NCBI GenBank assembly: GCA_964016885.1
Contig: OZ024743.1
Coordinates: 316,820,001-316,884,000, forward strand
From: Eledone cirrhosa
Lineage: Eukaryota
Reading direction: 5' to 3'
Length of the DNA stretch: 64,000 bases
The position numbers and the translations under genes were made by a program. Below, one piece after another: positions 44,689 through 56,600 of the stretch (the first letter of the stretch is position 1; each line of letters starts with the position of its first letter). The notes below the pieces were generated by a model. It was not told the origin of the DNA. It saw only the letters and a program-made list of their open reading frames with translations, and ran no database searches.

Positions 44689-45550
44689 CTAGCAGTGATA
44701 CCCAGCGTTGCACGGAATAAGGTATTTTGGAACGCGGGCCGCCAACAGACCTAATCATGGAAAAACTGCATGCCTGGACAATATGTAAAGAAAATAAACC
44801 GAATACTCTGATGGCTGGATAATCTTTAAGATTTTCCTCAATGAAGCAGGAAAAATGCAGGTTTTCACCTAGGGGATCAAGAAAATAAATTTTTTTTATG
44901 TGCATAATATGCCCTGAAATTTCGGGAAAATCGGCTAGACGTAACGCCTCCAAAAAGCCCTAAAAAGCTGAAAAAATGAAATTTTTCACCTAATGCGGGC
45001 CCATAAAAAATTTGGATTTCTTTTGCTTACGGTATGAAGAAGAGACTGACTAATACATAGTTACAATTTCAAGGAAATCAGTCTGACGTAATGCCTCAAA
45101 AAAAAACCCTAAAAACCTGAAAAAACGCAGTTTTTCATCTAATGCGGGCCCCAGGGGATCAAAAAGTTGAAACCTAAGTAATACACATGTAAAGTTTGAA
45201 AAAAATCGGTTGGCTACTTCTCGAGTTTTAGGGATTCAAACTCTCTCTCTCGCGTGCACGGAAGTGACGTAATGCAGACAGCTAGACATACAGACAGATA
45301 TTATAAGGGTGCGACGTTAGATGTATGTATCTATCTAAAAAGAGAAAGATTAAGAATTATAGAGAGAGATCGCTAAATCGCCTAAATGCAGTCCCTAGGG
45401 CATTGAAAATTTGAAATTCTTTTTGCTCAGAACACTCCCTGAACCATAAATATTACATGTGTAATGTTTGAAAACAGTCGGTTTGGTGCTTCTCGAGTTT
45501 TAGGGATTCAAACTCACACACACAGACATCCTCAGTTTTATATATAGAGA
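44689..45550 (-). mobile_element. Non-autonomous Helitron-like element
   Basis: On the - strand it starts TCTCTATATATAAAACTGAGGATGTC and ends with a degenerate GC hairpin plus CTAG at 44689. Confidence 0.7.
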
Positions 45551-48130
45551 CTAGCAGAATGGTTCAGCGTTACTCGGGATTTGCTCTAGGGTTCTTATAT
45601 ATTTGATATATATTTATAGGATTAGCAATGAGTATAGCGAGAAATTTAGCGTACAGGTTGGTGTCCACCAGGGCTCTGTTCTTAGCCCTCTCCTGTTCAT
45701 CATAGTCCTGCAGGCAATAACGGAGGAGTTTAAGACCGGATGCCCATGGGAACTCCTGTATACTTATGACCTCGCACTTATAGCTGAATCTATGGTAGAA
45801 CTAGAGAAGAAATTCCAAACTTGGAAGCAGGGACTAGAAAGAAAGGGTCTCAAAGTCAACATGACAAAGACTAAGGTCCTTGTAAGTAGACGAGAAAACA
45901 GAACCCAGATCCCCTCAGGGAAATGGCCTTGTTCAGTATGTAGAAAAGGTGTAGGTAGGAACTCCATTCTCTGCCCCAAATGCAAACAATGGGTATACAA
46001 GAGATGTAGTGGGATCTCGGGAAGCTTAATTAAGAATGTAGGCTTCACATGCAGCAGCTGTACTGGGACAGCAAGCAGCAAACAGCTACAGGAAACAAGT
46101 ACCACCAATCTCTGGGAGGGCTCTGTAGAGACAGTAGACAGCTTCTGCTACCTAGGTTACCGAATTAGCAGCGGAGGTGGGTGTTTAGAAAGAACAATAA
46201 CTAGGGTAAGAACGGGATGGAAGAAGTTCAGGGAACTACTGCCACTGCTAGCTGCAAAAGGCTTCTCCCTCAAAATGAAAGGCAGACTGTATGATGCGTG
46301 TATCCGAACAGCAATGTTACATGGTAGTGAGACCTGGGCGCTGAAGGTGGAAGATTTATGTAGATTAGAGAGAAATGAAGCCTGCATGCTCCGATGGATG
46401 TGTAATAGTAATATACGCGACCGACAAAGCATAAATGAATTGAGAGAGAGACTGAGCATAAGAGGAATCAAATGCTGTGTGCAGAAGAGGCGGTTGCATT
46501 GGTATGGACATGTGATGCGTATGAAGGATGACAGCTGCATAAAAAGGTGCAGAGCACTAGAAGTCGATGGAAACCGAGGAGTGGGGAGACCCAAGATGAC
46601 CTGGGATGAGGTGATAAAAGCCGACCTTACCCAATTACACCTCTCCAAGCCGATGACACACGACCTTGACCTCTGGCGTCATGCAGTAATACCCGGCCTC
46701 CCATGGGTACAAGCTGAAGCATATAGACAATATGCCCCCACACCCTCCCATTGCAAGGTGGTCGTGGAGGTGCCACGGCAAAAAAGCACCCAGCCCACAC
46801 TGTAAAGTGGATGTGTAGGCGCCACGAAAAAGCACCCAGCACTCACTGTAAATGAGGTTGGTGTTAGGAAGGGCATCCAGCTGTAGAAATCAAGCCAAAT
46901 CAGTTCCTGTATGAGCAAGGCATGGTCAGCCGACCAGACACTGCCCACAACAGGACAACCCGTCTAACCCATGCTAGCGTGGAAGAACGGGCGTAAAACG
47001 GTGATGATGATGATGATATTTATCCTTATTGAGCCTCGTGAAATAAATATGTTTATTTATATTTTGTTATCTGTACACGAATATATAATTATATATATAT
47101 CTATATATCTAAAACAGAGAATGTCTGTCTGTCTGTCAGCTCACTAAAACTTGAGAACCACCCAACCGATTGTTTTCAAACTTTACACATGTAATTATTA
47201 TGGGCCTGTGAGTGTTTTGAGCAAAAGGTATTTCAAATTTCCAATGCCCTAGGGACCGCATTAGGCGATTTAGCGATCTCTCTCTATAATTCTTAGTCTT
47301 TCTTTTTAGATAGATACATAGATATAACGTTGCGCCCTTATAATATCTGTCTGTATGTCTGCATTACGTCATTAAGGGAGATCAGTGTGTGTGTGTATGT
47401 GTGTGTGTGTGTGTATATATATGTATCGTAATGCAGACAACAAGACATGTAGCTTTTCTTCCCCTCTTCCAGCGTCTCTCTCTCCCACTATCCCCCTCTT
47501 TTAGTCTGTCTGTTTCTTTCACTCTCACTCTTTCTCTTTATAACTCACTCACATTAATACTAAAGGGTTAAGGTATTGTTCTCAAAATAAATAATATTAA
47601 ATCTATGAGATTTTTATATTATGTGAGATAAAGCATTTACCATGTGAGAGTTTATAATCACTCACGCATGCAAACTCGCACGTACACACACACGCAATAG
47701 TTATTCCACTGTCATGTATCTTTGATGCATACAACTCTCAAAAGACGGCGTCTGTCACTCTCTATCTGGCTCTCCCGCTATCCCCCTCTTTTAGTCTCCC
47801 TGTTTCTTTCACTCTCACTCTTTCTCTCTGTAACTCATTCACATTTCTCCCCTCTATCGAAAAACGCTATGGTGAATGGGGAGGAGGAGGAGTAGAGAGC
47901 CACTTCTTCACTTAGCCTCTCCATTTCTTTCTCTCCTCTCTCACTCCCTCATTATGTACAGACATTGGCCACTTCACTAATTCGATCCCTAGGTCAGAAT
48001 AATTTGAAATTTTTTTGCTCAAAACACTTCCGGGGCCATACAGGTTACATGTGTAAAGTTTGAAAAAAAACGGTTGGGTACTTCTCGAGTTTTAGGGAAA
48101 CGGACATCCTCTGTTTTATATATATATAGA
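45551..48130 (-). mobile_element. Second Helitron-like element, head-to-tail with the first, interrupted by an RTE LINE and an inverted Helitron 5' segment
   Basis: The CTAG and hairpin end at 45551 abuts the previous 5' end. Matching 5' end ...GGACATCCTCTGTTTTATATATATATAGA at ~48130. Confidence 0.55.
45618..47015 (+). mobile_element. 5'-truncated RTE-clade LINE: RT C-terminal half with a PHD-finger-like insertion, 3' UTR and (GAT)n tail
   Basis: ORF 45603-46805 has GVHQGSVLSPLLF, degenerate YTYD in place of YADD, FCYLG, MLHGSETW and RLHWYGHV. ATATTTAT direct repeat at 45610-17 and 47016-23 is a possible TSD. Confidence 0.92.
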
Positions 48131-48499
48131 TATAGATTATAACTGTGTATAGATCTTTTAGTTGTTCAAAATATTGAAATAATGTAATTTTTTATTTTTA
48201 TCAATTGACTTACCGAGTGGGGTGTAACTTGTCAAATCGGACTAAGGAAACAATGTTTCCATTGCTGATGCTATCTTCCAGTCACAACACCTAGCAAAGA
48301 GAGTAACATTAACTAGTGTCTTGCTCAAGGACATAACGTATTGCCCAGTCCAAGAATTGAACTCACAACCTAATAATTGCGAATCCAATTTTCTAATAAC
48401 TAATCTACACTACCTTCATGATGGCAAATAATTTTGATACATATATATCATATTTTAGGCCTGATTGATTATTAGAGATCTCATTGTGGTATACTGTAC

Positions 48500-48720
48500 A
48501 GTAGTCTTCTTCATCTGTCATGGTTGTCTGCCATATCATAGGTCTTTGCTAATGATTTCCTTGTCCACTTTTTGATGTCTGTTCACCTCTACAGTTCCTT
48601 GTAGGAGGATCTTTGCAAGGTCACAAGATCTTTTTACATGTCCATAGCATCTCACCATTCTCTTCGTGGGACCCAATGTGTGATGTAGAGGGGTTTTGGG
48701 GGAACAGCTCATTTGCAAAA
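48500..48720 (-). mobile_element. Short RTE/BovB-like RT C-terminal fragment
   Basis: Translation RCYGHVKRSCDLAKILLQGTVE. Confidence 0.6.
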
Positions 48721-49472
48721 AACAAAAAAAAACTTACTTCCCATGTTCTTAGCCCCCTGACGACATCCCTACTCAATCTTCCACATGGCGGAGTGGCTGT
48801 TCCACTGTGTTTCCCTTGCCATCGTCCAGAGCAATGTTTTTTCCATCCTGTAAACCGGGACCACAAAGCGGATAGACCCTTAAGTTTCATTTATGGTGGT
48901 GGCATGTGGAACAAATTTACTTATACCATCTGGTTATCATGTCTAATAGCAGCCCACTATGTAGGTTTAGTTAGCATCCTATTAGGTTGCACCTCATAGG
49001 TTTCTTGGGTGTTTTAATGATAGGGGGCTCCAATCCTATCATGAAAAGCAAAGTTCAAGAACACAATGTGTCACCCAATCCAAGAATTATACTTCCAGCT
49101 GTATGATTGAAGTCAAGTCTAACCACCAAGCCTTGCACTTTCACATTCCTCCCTTATGATACATGTACCACATCATTTATATAATGGTTTCTGATATAGG
49201 CACAAGGTCAACAATTTTGGGTGAAGGGGAAAGTCTATTAAATTGACCCCATTGTGTTACTGTTGCTTTATTTTACTGCCCCTCTAAGGATGAAAAGCAA
49301 TGCTAACCTCGGCAGGATTTGAACTCGGAACAGAAAGGTTCGTAACCATAAGCCATAAAGCATGTTGTCAAATGCTCTACTGATACTGCTTTATCACTAA
49401 TATATTTTATGTAATACATGTAATAGAGTTTTCATGTATAAAACTTGTTAAATAATGTGATATCTTTTCCAG

Positions 49473-49555
49473 CCTTCATCATCAGTATTTTCCTGATATA
49501 CAACAGTCTTAGCCATGCTCCAGTTTGTATTACTGTGATACCCTACATCTTACAG
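49473..49555 (+). CDS. TMEM116: TMEM116-like exon (FIISIFLIYNSLSHAPVCITVIPYILQ)
   Basis: Acceptor tcttttccag and donor CAG|gtacat, phase 1-0. YILQ resembles TMEM116 YVLQ. Confidence 0.85.
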
Positions 49556-50204
49556 GTACATAGCATGATTTTAAATATACTTAGAAAAAATAAATTATAC
49601 ATATTTTAGTAAAAATATAGTTTTGTAAAGACTAGATAGATGCAGGCATTGTTGTGTGACTAAGAACTTTGCTTGACAACTAGATCTATATATATATATA
49701 GAGAGAGATATATACATAGATATATATAGATAGATATTGTGTGTATGTGTTGGATTAGTCATTAAGGACCAAATCAGGTTTTAGCCTGGTTTTTACAGCT
49801 GGATGCAATTCCTATCACCAACCACTTTACAGATGGTACTAGATGCATTTTATCAGAGCACAAACATTAAGATTGTCATGTCCTTGGCGCAATTAAGAAT
49901 ACTCACAACCCTTTGTTTGGCATGGCTTGAGAAAGGTAAAATACTAAATCCCTTCAAATTCTTGATTTTCAAAATTATTTGAAAATCTTAGTGTTTTGCA
50001 TTAGAAATATAGTAAATGGTTAAAGTATTTATATTCATCTAAAATTGTCATAATTTTATGTAAAAATCTGTGTTCCAAATACCAATTTAGTAAGGGGAAA
50101 GTTAGTTTTATTATTAAATCCCTTCGAATTATTGATTATTTGAAAATAATGTCTTTAATTAGAAATACAGAATTTACTGTTTCAAAAATGGGAAATATTA
50201 ATTT

Positions 50205-50242
<38 letters not shown>

Positions 50243-50522
50243 TGAATTGATAAGTTCCCAGACCTCATTTGCTTATTGAGTTGGGTGGAACTCATCAAAT
50301 CAGACCAAGGAAACACTGTTTCCGTTGGTCTTTCCATTACTGATACTATCTACTGGTTGCAACTCCTGGCAAAAAAGCAGCATTGTCTGGACTGGTCTAG
50401 GAATTGGACTTGCAACCTCACAATTCTGAATCCAATTCTCTAACCCCAAATTACATGCTTTAATTTGGTTAGTGAAATCCAAGTTTAGCACTTTACTATT
50501 GTCATTTCTTTGTTTTTCCTAG

Positions 50523-50654
50523 GCAATACTGGTACCATCACAAGGAATTATTGATTTTATTCTTTTCTACTTCAACATAAACCATTGCTGCTTGTTTTTG
50601 GCAGAAGATGACCCAAATATCATGTCTCCACTTCTTCACCGTGATTACCATTAA
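50523..50654 (+). CDS. TMEM116: TMEM116-like terminal exon (AILVPSQGIIDFILFY...MSPLLHRDYH*, TM7 and tail)
   Basis: Acceptor tgtttttcctag. TM7 SQG motif of the CAR/GPR157/TMEM116 group, a PLL tail motif, and TAA stop at 50652-50654. Confidence 0.87.
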   Translation, partial: AILVPSQGIIDFILFYFNINHCCLFLAEDDPNIMSPLLHRDYH

Positions 50655-53600
50655 CCAATGTTCTTGTTATTGTTGTTATTTATACAAAGTTTATTTTGAT
50701 TTCCCATTGGAAACCTGAAAGTTTATCATATCTAAACTGGCAGGTAAATAATTGGAATTTGATCCTTCACATTCTACAATGAAGAGATGAGAACTGGGTG
50801 TCTTTTTAGATATTATGTATGACAATATCTAGCAATTTCTATACATCATGAAATGTATCGGACATTATTGTATGACACAATCTCTAGCAATCACTGTACA
50901 TAGTGAAATGTATCAAACATTATGTATGACAATTGTCAGATATTGTTGAAATTCTGTTATACTTAAAATGAAACTATAAAAAAAAAATTCTTATTACTAT
51001 TTTCATATGTGAAAGCATGTGGCCTAATGGTTAAGGTGTCTAGCGCACAATCTTAAGGTCATGAGTTTGATTCTTGGTGGTGTTTTGAGTCCTTGAGCAA
51101 GATACTTTATTTCATGTTACTCTAATCGAAAGGACCTGCTTTGTCAGTGTCCCACTAAATCTCCGATACCTATGTTAAGTGAACACATGTGGAATGCTCA
51201 ACCAATTTCATAAGCAAGCCGTTTCATTGATCAAACACTTGTTGGGATAGAGAGATCTAATAACAATGATTTTTAGTTCTACATTTTATATTTGGTTGTT
51301 GGAAGAATTATTCTGTGACTAAAAATAATCCAGACACAAAATTAAGAAAAGAATTAGTCAAATGAATAAAATTGGCACATATCCTAGTGGTTAGGATGCT
51401 GGACTCACAATAAGGTTGTGAACTTGATTCCTGGGCTGAGCAGTGAATGTGTTCTTGAGCAAGACACTTTTTCGCATTGCTTTTTATGACAGAAGCTCTA
51501 TCGAGACAGGTGCAGCTGTAAATTTTATTTCATTTTTCAAAGGAATAAATATTAACATTGATGTAAATTATAAGAAAGCACTGAGGGGATGACATGACAA
51601 TCTTTCTGTTCTACAGGGTTAGGCCCCTCATCTGGGATGCTACATGTGACATCTTCTCTGGTGCTCTGATAGGTTTGTGGGAGTATAGACTGGCATTCTT
51701 GCCCCCCCCCCCCCCCCCCCCCCAGTCCACCTGTTGGCTGTCTGTTCCAGTGCATCTCCTTCTCTATCCCGTTGGCTGGGATCACAAGGCATACTAGCCC
51801 TTAAGTTTCATTAAGTAGCATGTGAAATACATATTTTTTTAGCTAAGCAGTTTATCCTAGAAACAGCAGTCAAATCTCTAAATTTACACTGTTTTATATG
51901 CCAAATATGGAACATAAGAGGAAGATGTGGTTCTGTCCTATTCTAGTCACAGACTGTGCTAACTCATCCTAGCATGGAAAACAGACTTAACCTTTTAGTA
52001 TTTAAATTACTCTATATTTACTATTGTATTTTCACAGTAAACACTTCATCTCATATGATATTGAATTTACAAGATTGATATTTATTTTGAGAACAATGCC
52101 TTAATGTAAGTATGAGAATTCTGGCTGGATAAGATACAAAATAAAAAAACCAAAATAGTTTACCCCTTTTCCTATCAAACTAGGCCAAACCAGCCATTTT
52201 AAACTGTTCCTATTTAAATATTCCAATATAATTTTATATAAGAATCATTGAAATAAAGTTATGAAAGAATTAAATGCACAAGATATTTGACAAACAATTA
52301 TAGTAGTCATATAATTAGATAACAAAACTAAAGAAGCAATAGTTTCTAAATAAAATTTTTTTATTCATTAAAATAAATATACTGGAAAAAAAAAAAAAAA
52401 TTCAAGATTTGTAAAGCTTGCAGATTTACCTTTAAATAAATTAAAGTCCATTTCAATATAATTTATTTAAAAAAAAAAAAAAAAATTCAAATCAAAAACT
52501 AAAATTGTACTTTTTTTTAAATTTACAAATAAAAAAAAAAAATCCAGCACAGATATAAAATATGTTAATTTAATGTATTTTACAAATATATAATTATATA
52601 CACGAGATACAAAAGTAAACAAGCATAATTGGGTATTTTTTTCGTTTTAAAGTTTAAGTATCACATTCGGCAATCTCCAGCTATTTGCTGTCCATAATGT
52701 CTAATGCATTTATGAAATACATTAGACACTAGCTAAAATTAATTTAATTTTCCATTCATTTAAATCAATTACACATTCACTTTCATGGATATTATCCAAC
52801 AGCTTATTTTTACATTCATTCAGGTACTGGTCATTGACCAATTTTGCATGAAGATCAAATTTCTGTGATACTTAAGGAAATTAAAACGAATAGCCCCCAA
52901 AAAACCGGTTGAAATTTACAAATAAGTGAAAAATAAGTGTCTTTTTTTTTTTTTTTTTTTTTTTGGTGTAAAGACTTATTGGTCCATCAAATGTGTGGGT
53001 AGGTCGGCAGGACATGACTGGCAAAAGTAACCTAGCTGAAAACAAAGTTAATGGTGGGATGATTGTAAACAGATGTCCAGAACTAGCTGAAAATTGACTA
53101 ATTCATAAAACAAAGTTACTTATTGAATGGAAAATATGTTGTTAGATCCATATTGAATGTACCAAGACTCATAACCCCTTCAGTCCAAATACATTTACAC
53201 ACATGATTTTTGGTTTGAATGAGTCTTCCAGTTGTTTCGATCAACAAAACAGCCTGCTCATGAAACATGCATGTGGCTGAATATTCCAAGGACATTCAGG
53301 GTGACAAGGCTGGCTCTTTGAATAACAGTTACAATTTGTTTCCAGCTGTGTGTAATTCAACTAAAAAAAAAAACTTTCACTTTTAACTACAAACATTAAC
53401 CTGGACTAAGACAATTTAAAAAAAAAAAAAAAAAAGTCAAGGTACACACAAATCTTAAATTTCAGACCATAAAATAAACAGCTTAGTTAAAGAATATTTA
53501 GCTTTAGCTATCAGTTTTATTTTCATTCCAGTAGTGCTAGCATGGTTTATGGTACTCAAGTATTTTCTTCTAACCAAATAAAACTTTGTTTCTGATAAGA

Positions 53601-56600
53601 CACTCCATATTGATACTTCAATGGAGTAAGTTATACTACTGTGTCAGAGCTCCATTGCTTCCGCAGATGACTGTTCTCGTTACTACGTTGAACCTCCATC
53701 ACTTTTGAAGATGAGTGTTTCAGTTGTTGAATCAATGGAACAGCTTGCTTGTGGAATTATGTACAAAAGGCTGTGTCCTGCATATGTGCATAGTTCTCAG
53801 GGAGAAGGCTTAGTGGTTAGAGAATCGGAATCACAATCATACAGTATCAATTGGAAAGACCAATGGAAACCTTTTTTTTTTTTTTCCTTGGTCTAATCTG
53901 AAGAGTTTCACCAGCTGTGTGGACAGTAAACAATGTGAAATAAGGTGTCTTACCCAAGGACACTTGCACACATGACCTAAGTCAAACATCCTAACCTTCA
54001 CACTTCAACAAAGCAGTTATATCTACAATATACTAGCCACAAACACACTGTATATATCTCCATGAACTCAGAGTTATTAATATTACCACTAATGGTATGC
54101 ATCAATATTTGAGTGGCCCATGGGAAGATTTAACCTCATCATTGAGATGATAGTATCATCTGTTTACAATAAACTGTTCTTCATAATGCTCATTCACAGC
54201 TAAGTGGACTGGATATACAAGTGTCTTTATTAAAGAACACAGTGATATACTAATAAATACAAAATTCCAACTTGATATCCTTATACCACAGCTGATAATG
54301 TTCATTATTAAGATCACTATATATCTTATGTTGTAGCTTGATAATTCTATCTCAGCTCCATGGAGCATAAACAGCATTTATTGTAAACATTCACCGGGTA
54401 AAGGATGAGGGATGGGCTACCTTACCATCATAACACTACCAACAGCCATAAAGCAAAAAAAAAATAAAAACACCCAGTTACTATCTTAGTTATGAAATAA
54501 TAAATCTCTAAAAATTAAATGTGTATGTCATTAGAAATATGGTAAGAAAAGTGTTAATGAAATAAAAATTATTTTTTTTTCATTAAGTGCTATGTTGTTA
54601 AAGGTACATAAAATGAAGTGGATTTAAATCATTAAGTTTTCAATATGAAAACTTTTAAAACTAAGTTTTAACTCAACTCAAGGACTGTCAAAATATTTAA
54701 AGCAGGAATGAACAAAAACAATGCAAGGGTAGAGGAGGCAGGAACTTATAGTAGTCAAACTCTCCGGTGCTGGGGGCATAAAATGTACCCAGTCCCCGCT
54801 GTCAAGTGGGGGGGGGGGGAGGACATTCAGCTGTAAAACATGCTAAAAACCACAGCTAATTCTGTTGTGTATATTGCTGTATATCAGATAACGAAGGACT
54901 GATGGGTGGTGACATTGGGTAACCCGTCACGTCCAGCCCAAGTTGTAAAGCGTTCAGTGGTAAGAAGAGCATCCAGCCATAATTAATCTCCCCTTCAAGA
55001 TCCCATCCCCGAGCTAACTCTGTTGTATATATTAGATAAAGGAGTGATGTGTGATACTGGGAGATCTGTCCAACCCATACTAGTATAAACAAACAAAACA
55101 GGATACAGGAAAAAAAAAAAAAAAACTGCTTTAGTTATAAAGAATGGGAAATAGAGATTTGTGATTAATTTGATAAGTTACAGGTAACTATAGTGAATGA
55201 TAATAGATCAGGTATGAAATGGACATTCAGTTATTTGATACAACCTGATTGTGAAATTAACTTACATGTGCTTACTGAAGATTCTACAGACATCTATTCT
55301 TAACATAGCTCTCGGAGATTTGGTGTGATACAGTGTGTGACAAGGCAGGACTTATGAATTATAGACAACCACAAAGTTTGTCAACTCAACTTCACTCACA
55401 AAGGCTTGGGTCAACCTGAAGCTATGATAATTTTGATAATTAAAACACTAAGGCAGTATATGCTTGTTAGAAAAGGTTTAAAGAAAACAAATAACAAAAA
55501 TGATTTTTCTTTAACAACTTATGTGAGTGAAGGTATTTCTCACTAGAGTTCATATTTAGACATGAAGAATGATGAAAAACTGAGGTTAGTGTTTGAAGGG
55601 GTTACTTTTGTGGGAACGGAGTGCAATGTGATATGAGGTTAAGAGGAAGGAACTAACTATAGGTGACAACAAAGCAGGTAGTTAGAAATAGGTAGAAGAG
55701 GTGTATGTTTTGCTCTGTTAAGCAGAGTTTATTACAATAAAAAGGAATGTAGGGTATACAGAGAGCACAGCACAACAATTAAAGATTTTCAGTTAAAGAT
55801 GACAGTGTAAATGGCCATATTGAATGCCAAATATGAAAACAGTGCTCAATGGAGAGACATATTTGGAAGATTTCAGTTTTGATCTGATTATACATGTTTA
55901 AAATACATGGTATTAGTTGTATGCTTTCAAAAATACTTTGTTTCATGGGCATTTTTTGGTCATGGCAGTAATTCTTCATTATCAGAGCTTGTTTGTACAT
56001 CCTGTACTGCCTAATTAATGTAGTTGGTGTTAGGAAGGGCATCCAGCTGTAAAAAGCTTACCAAATAAGGTTTTATGAGGACCCTTCAAGACATGCCTTC
56101 TCGGCACTTAAAATGACTGTACATAAGCAGGATACTTGACCTGTCTGGGAGGTCAGTAGCCCTACTATAGTACTGATGTGATCCATGTAGACCTGTCTGA
56201 CTCTTGTTAGCAGGGAAAGCAGATGTTAAATGGTGATGACAATACAAATAAATGCTAGTGTCATAAAAAAATACACCCAGTACACACTGTATAGTGTTTG
56301 GTGTTAGAAAGGGTATCCAGTCATAGAAATCATGCCATACAAAAGATTGAAAATGATCTTCAGCTGTGTCAAGGACATAAAAATCACCCTAGTCCTTGTG
56401 CCACAATAAAATGTACCCAGTACATTCTGTAAATTCAGCTATAGAAACCATACCGAAACTGGAATGTATGTAAGAGAGGCATAGCCCCTAGCTTGTATAA
56501 GAGTGGTGAACAGTAGTTCCGATTGTGTACTGACTTGGTCTGTAACAACCCATCCAACCCATGCCAGCATAGAAAATGGATGTTTGATGATGATAGACTA

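Noticed and set aside
45764-46948. Minus-strand ORFs
   Set aside because: They are antisense shadows of the RTE ORF and tail.
54156-54377. 73-aa hydrophobic ORF
   Set aside because: No recognisable domain or splice partners; consistent with AT-rich non-coding DNA.
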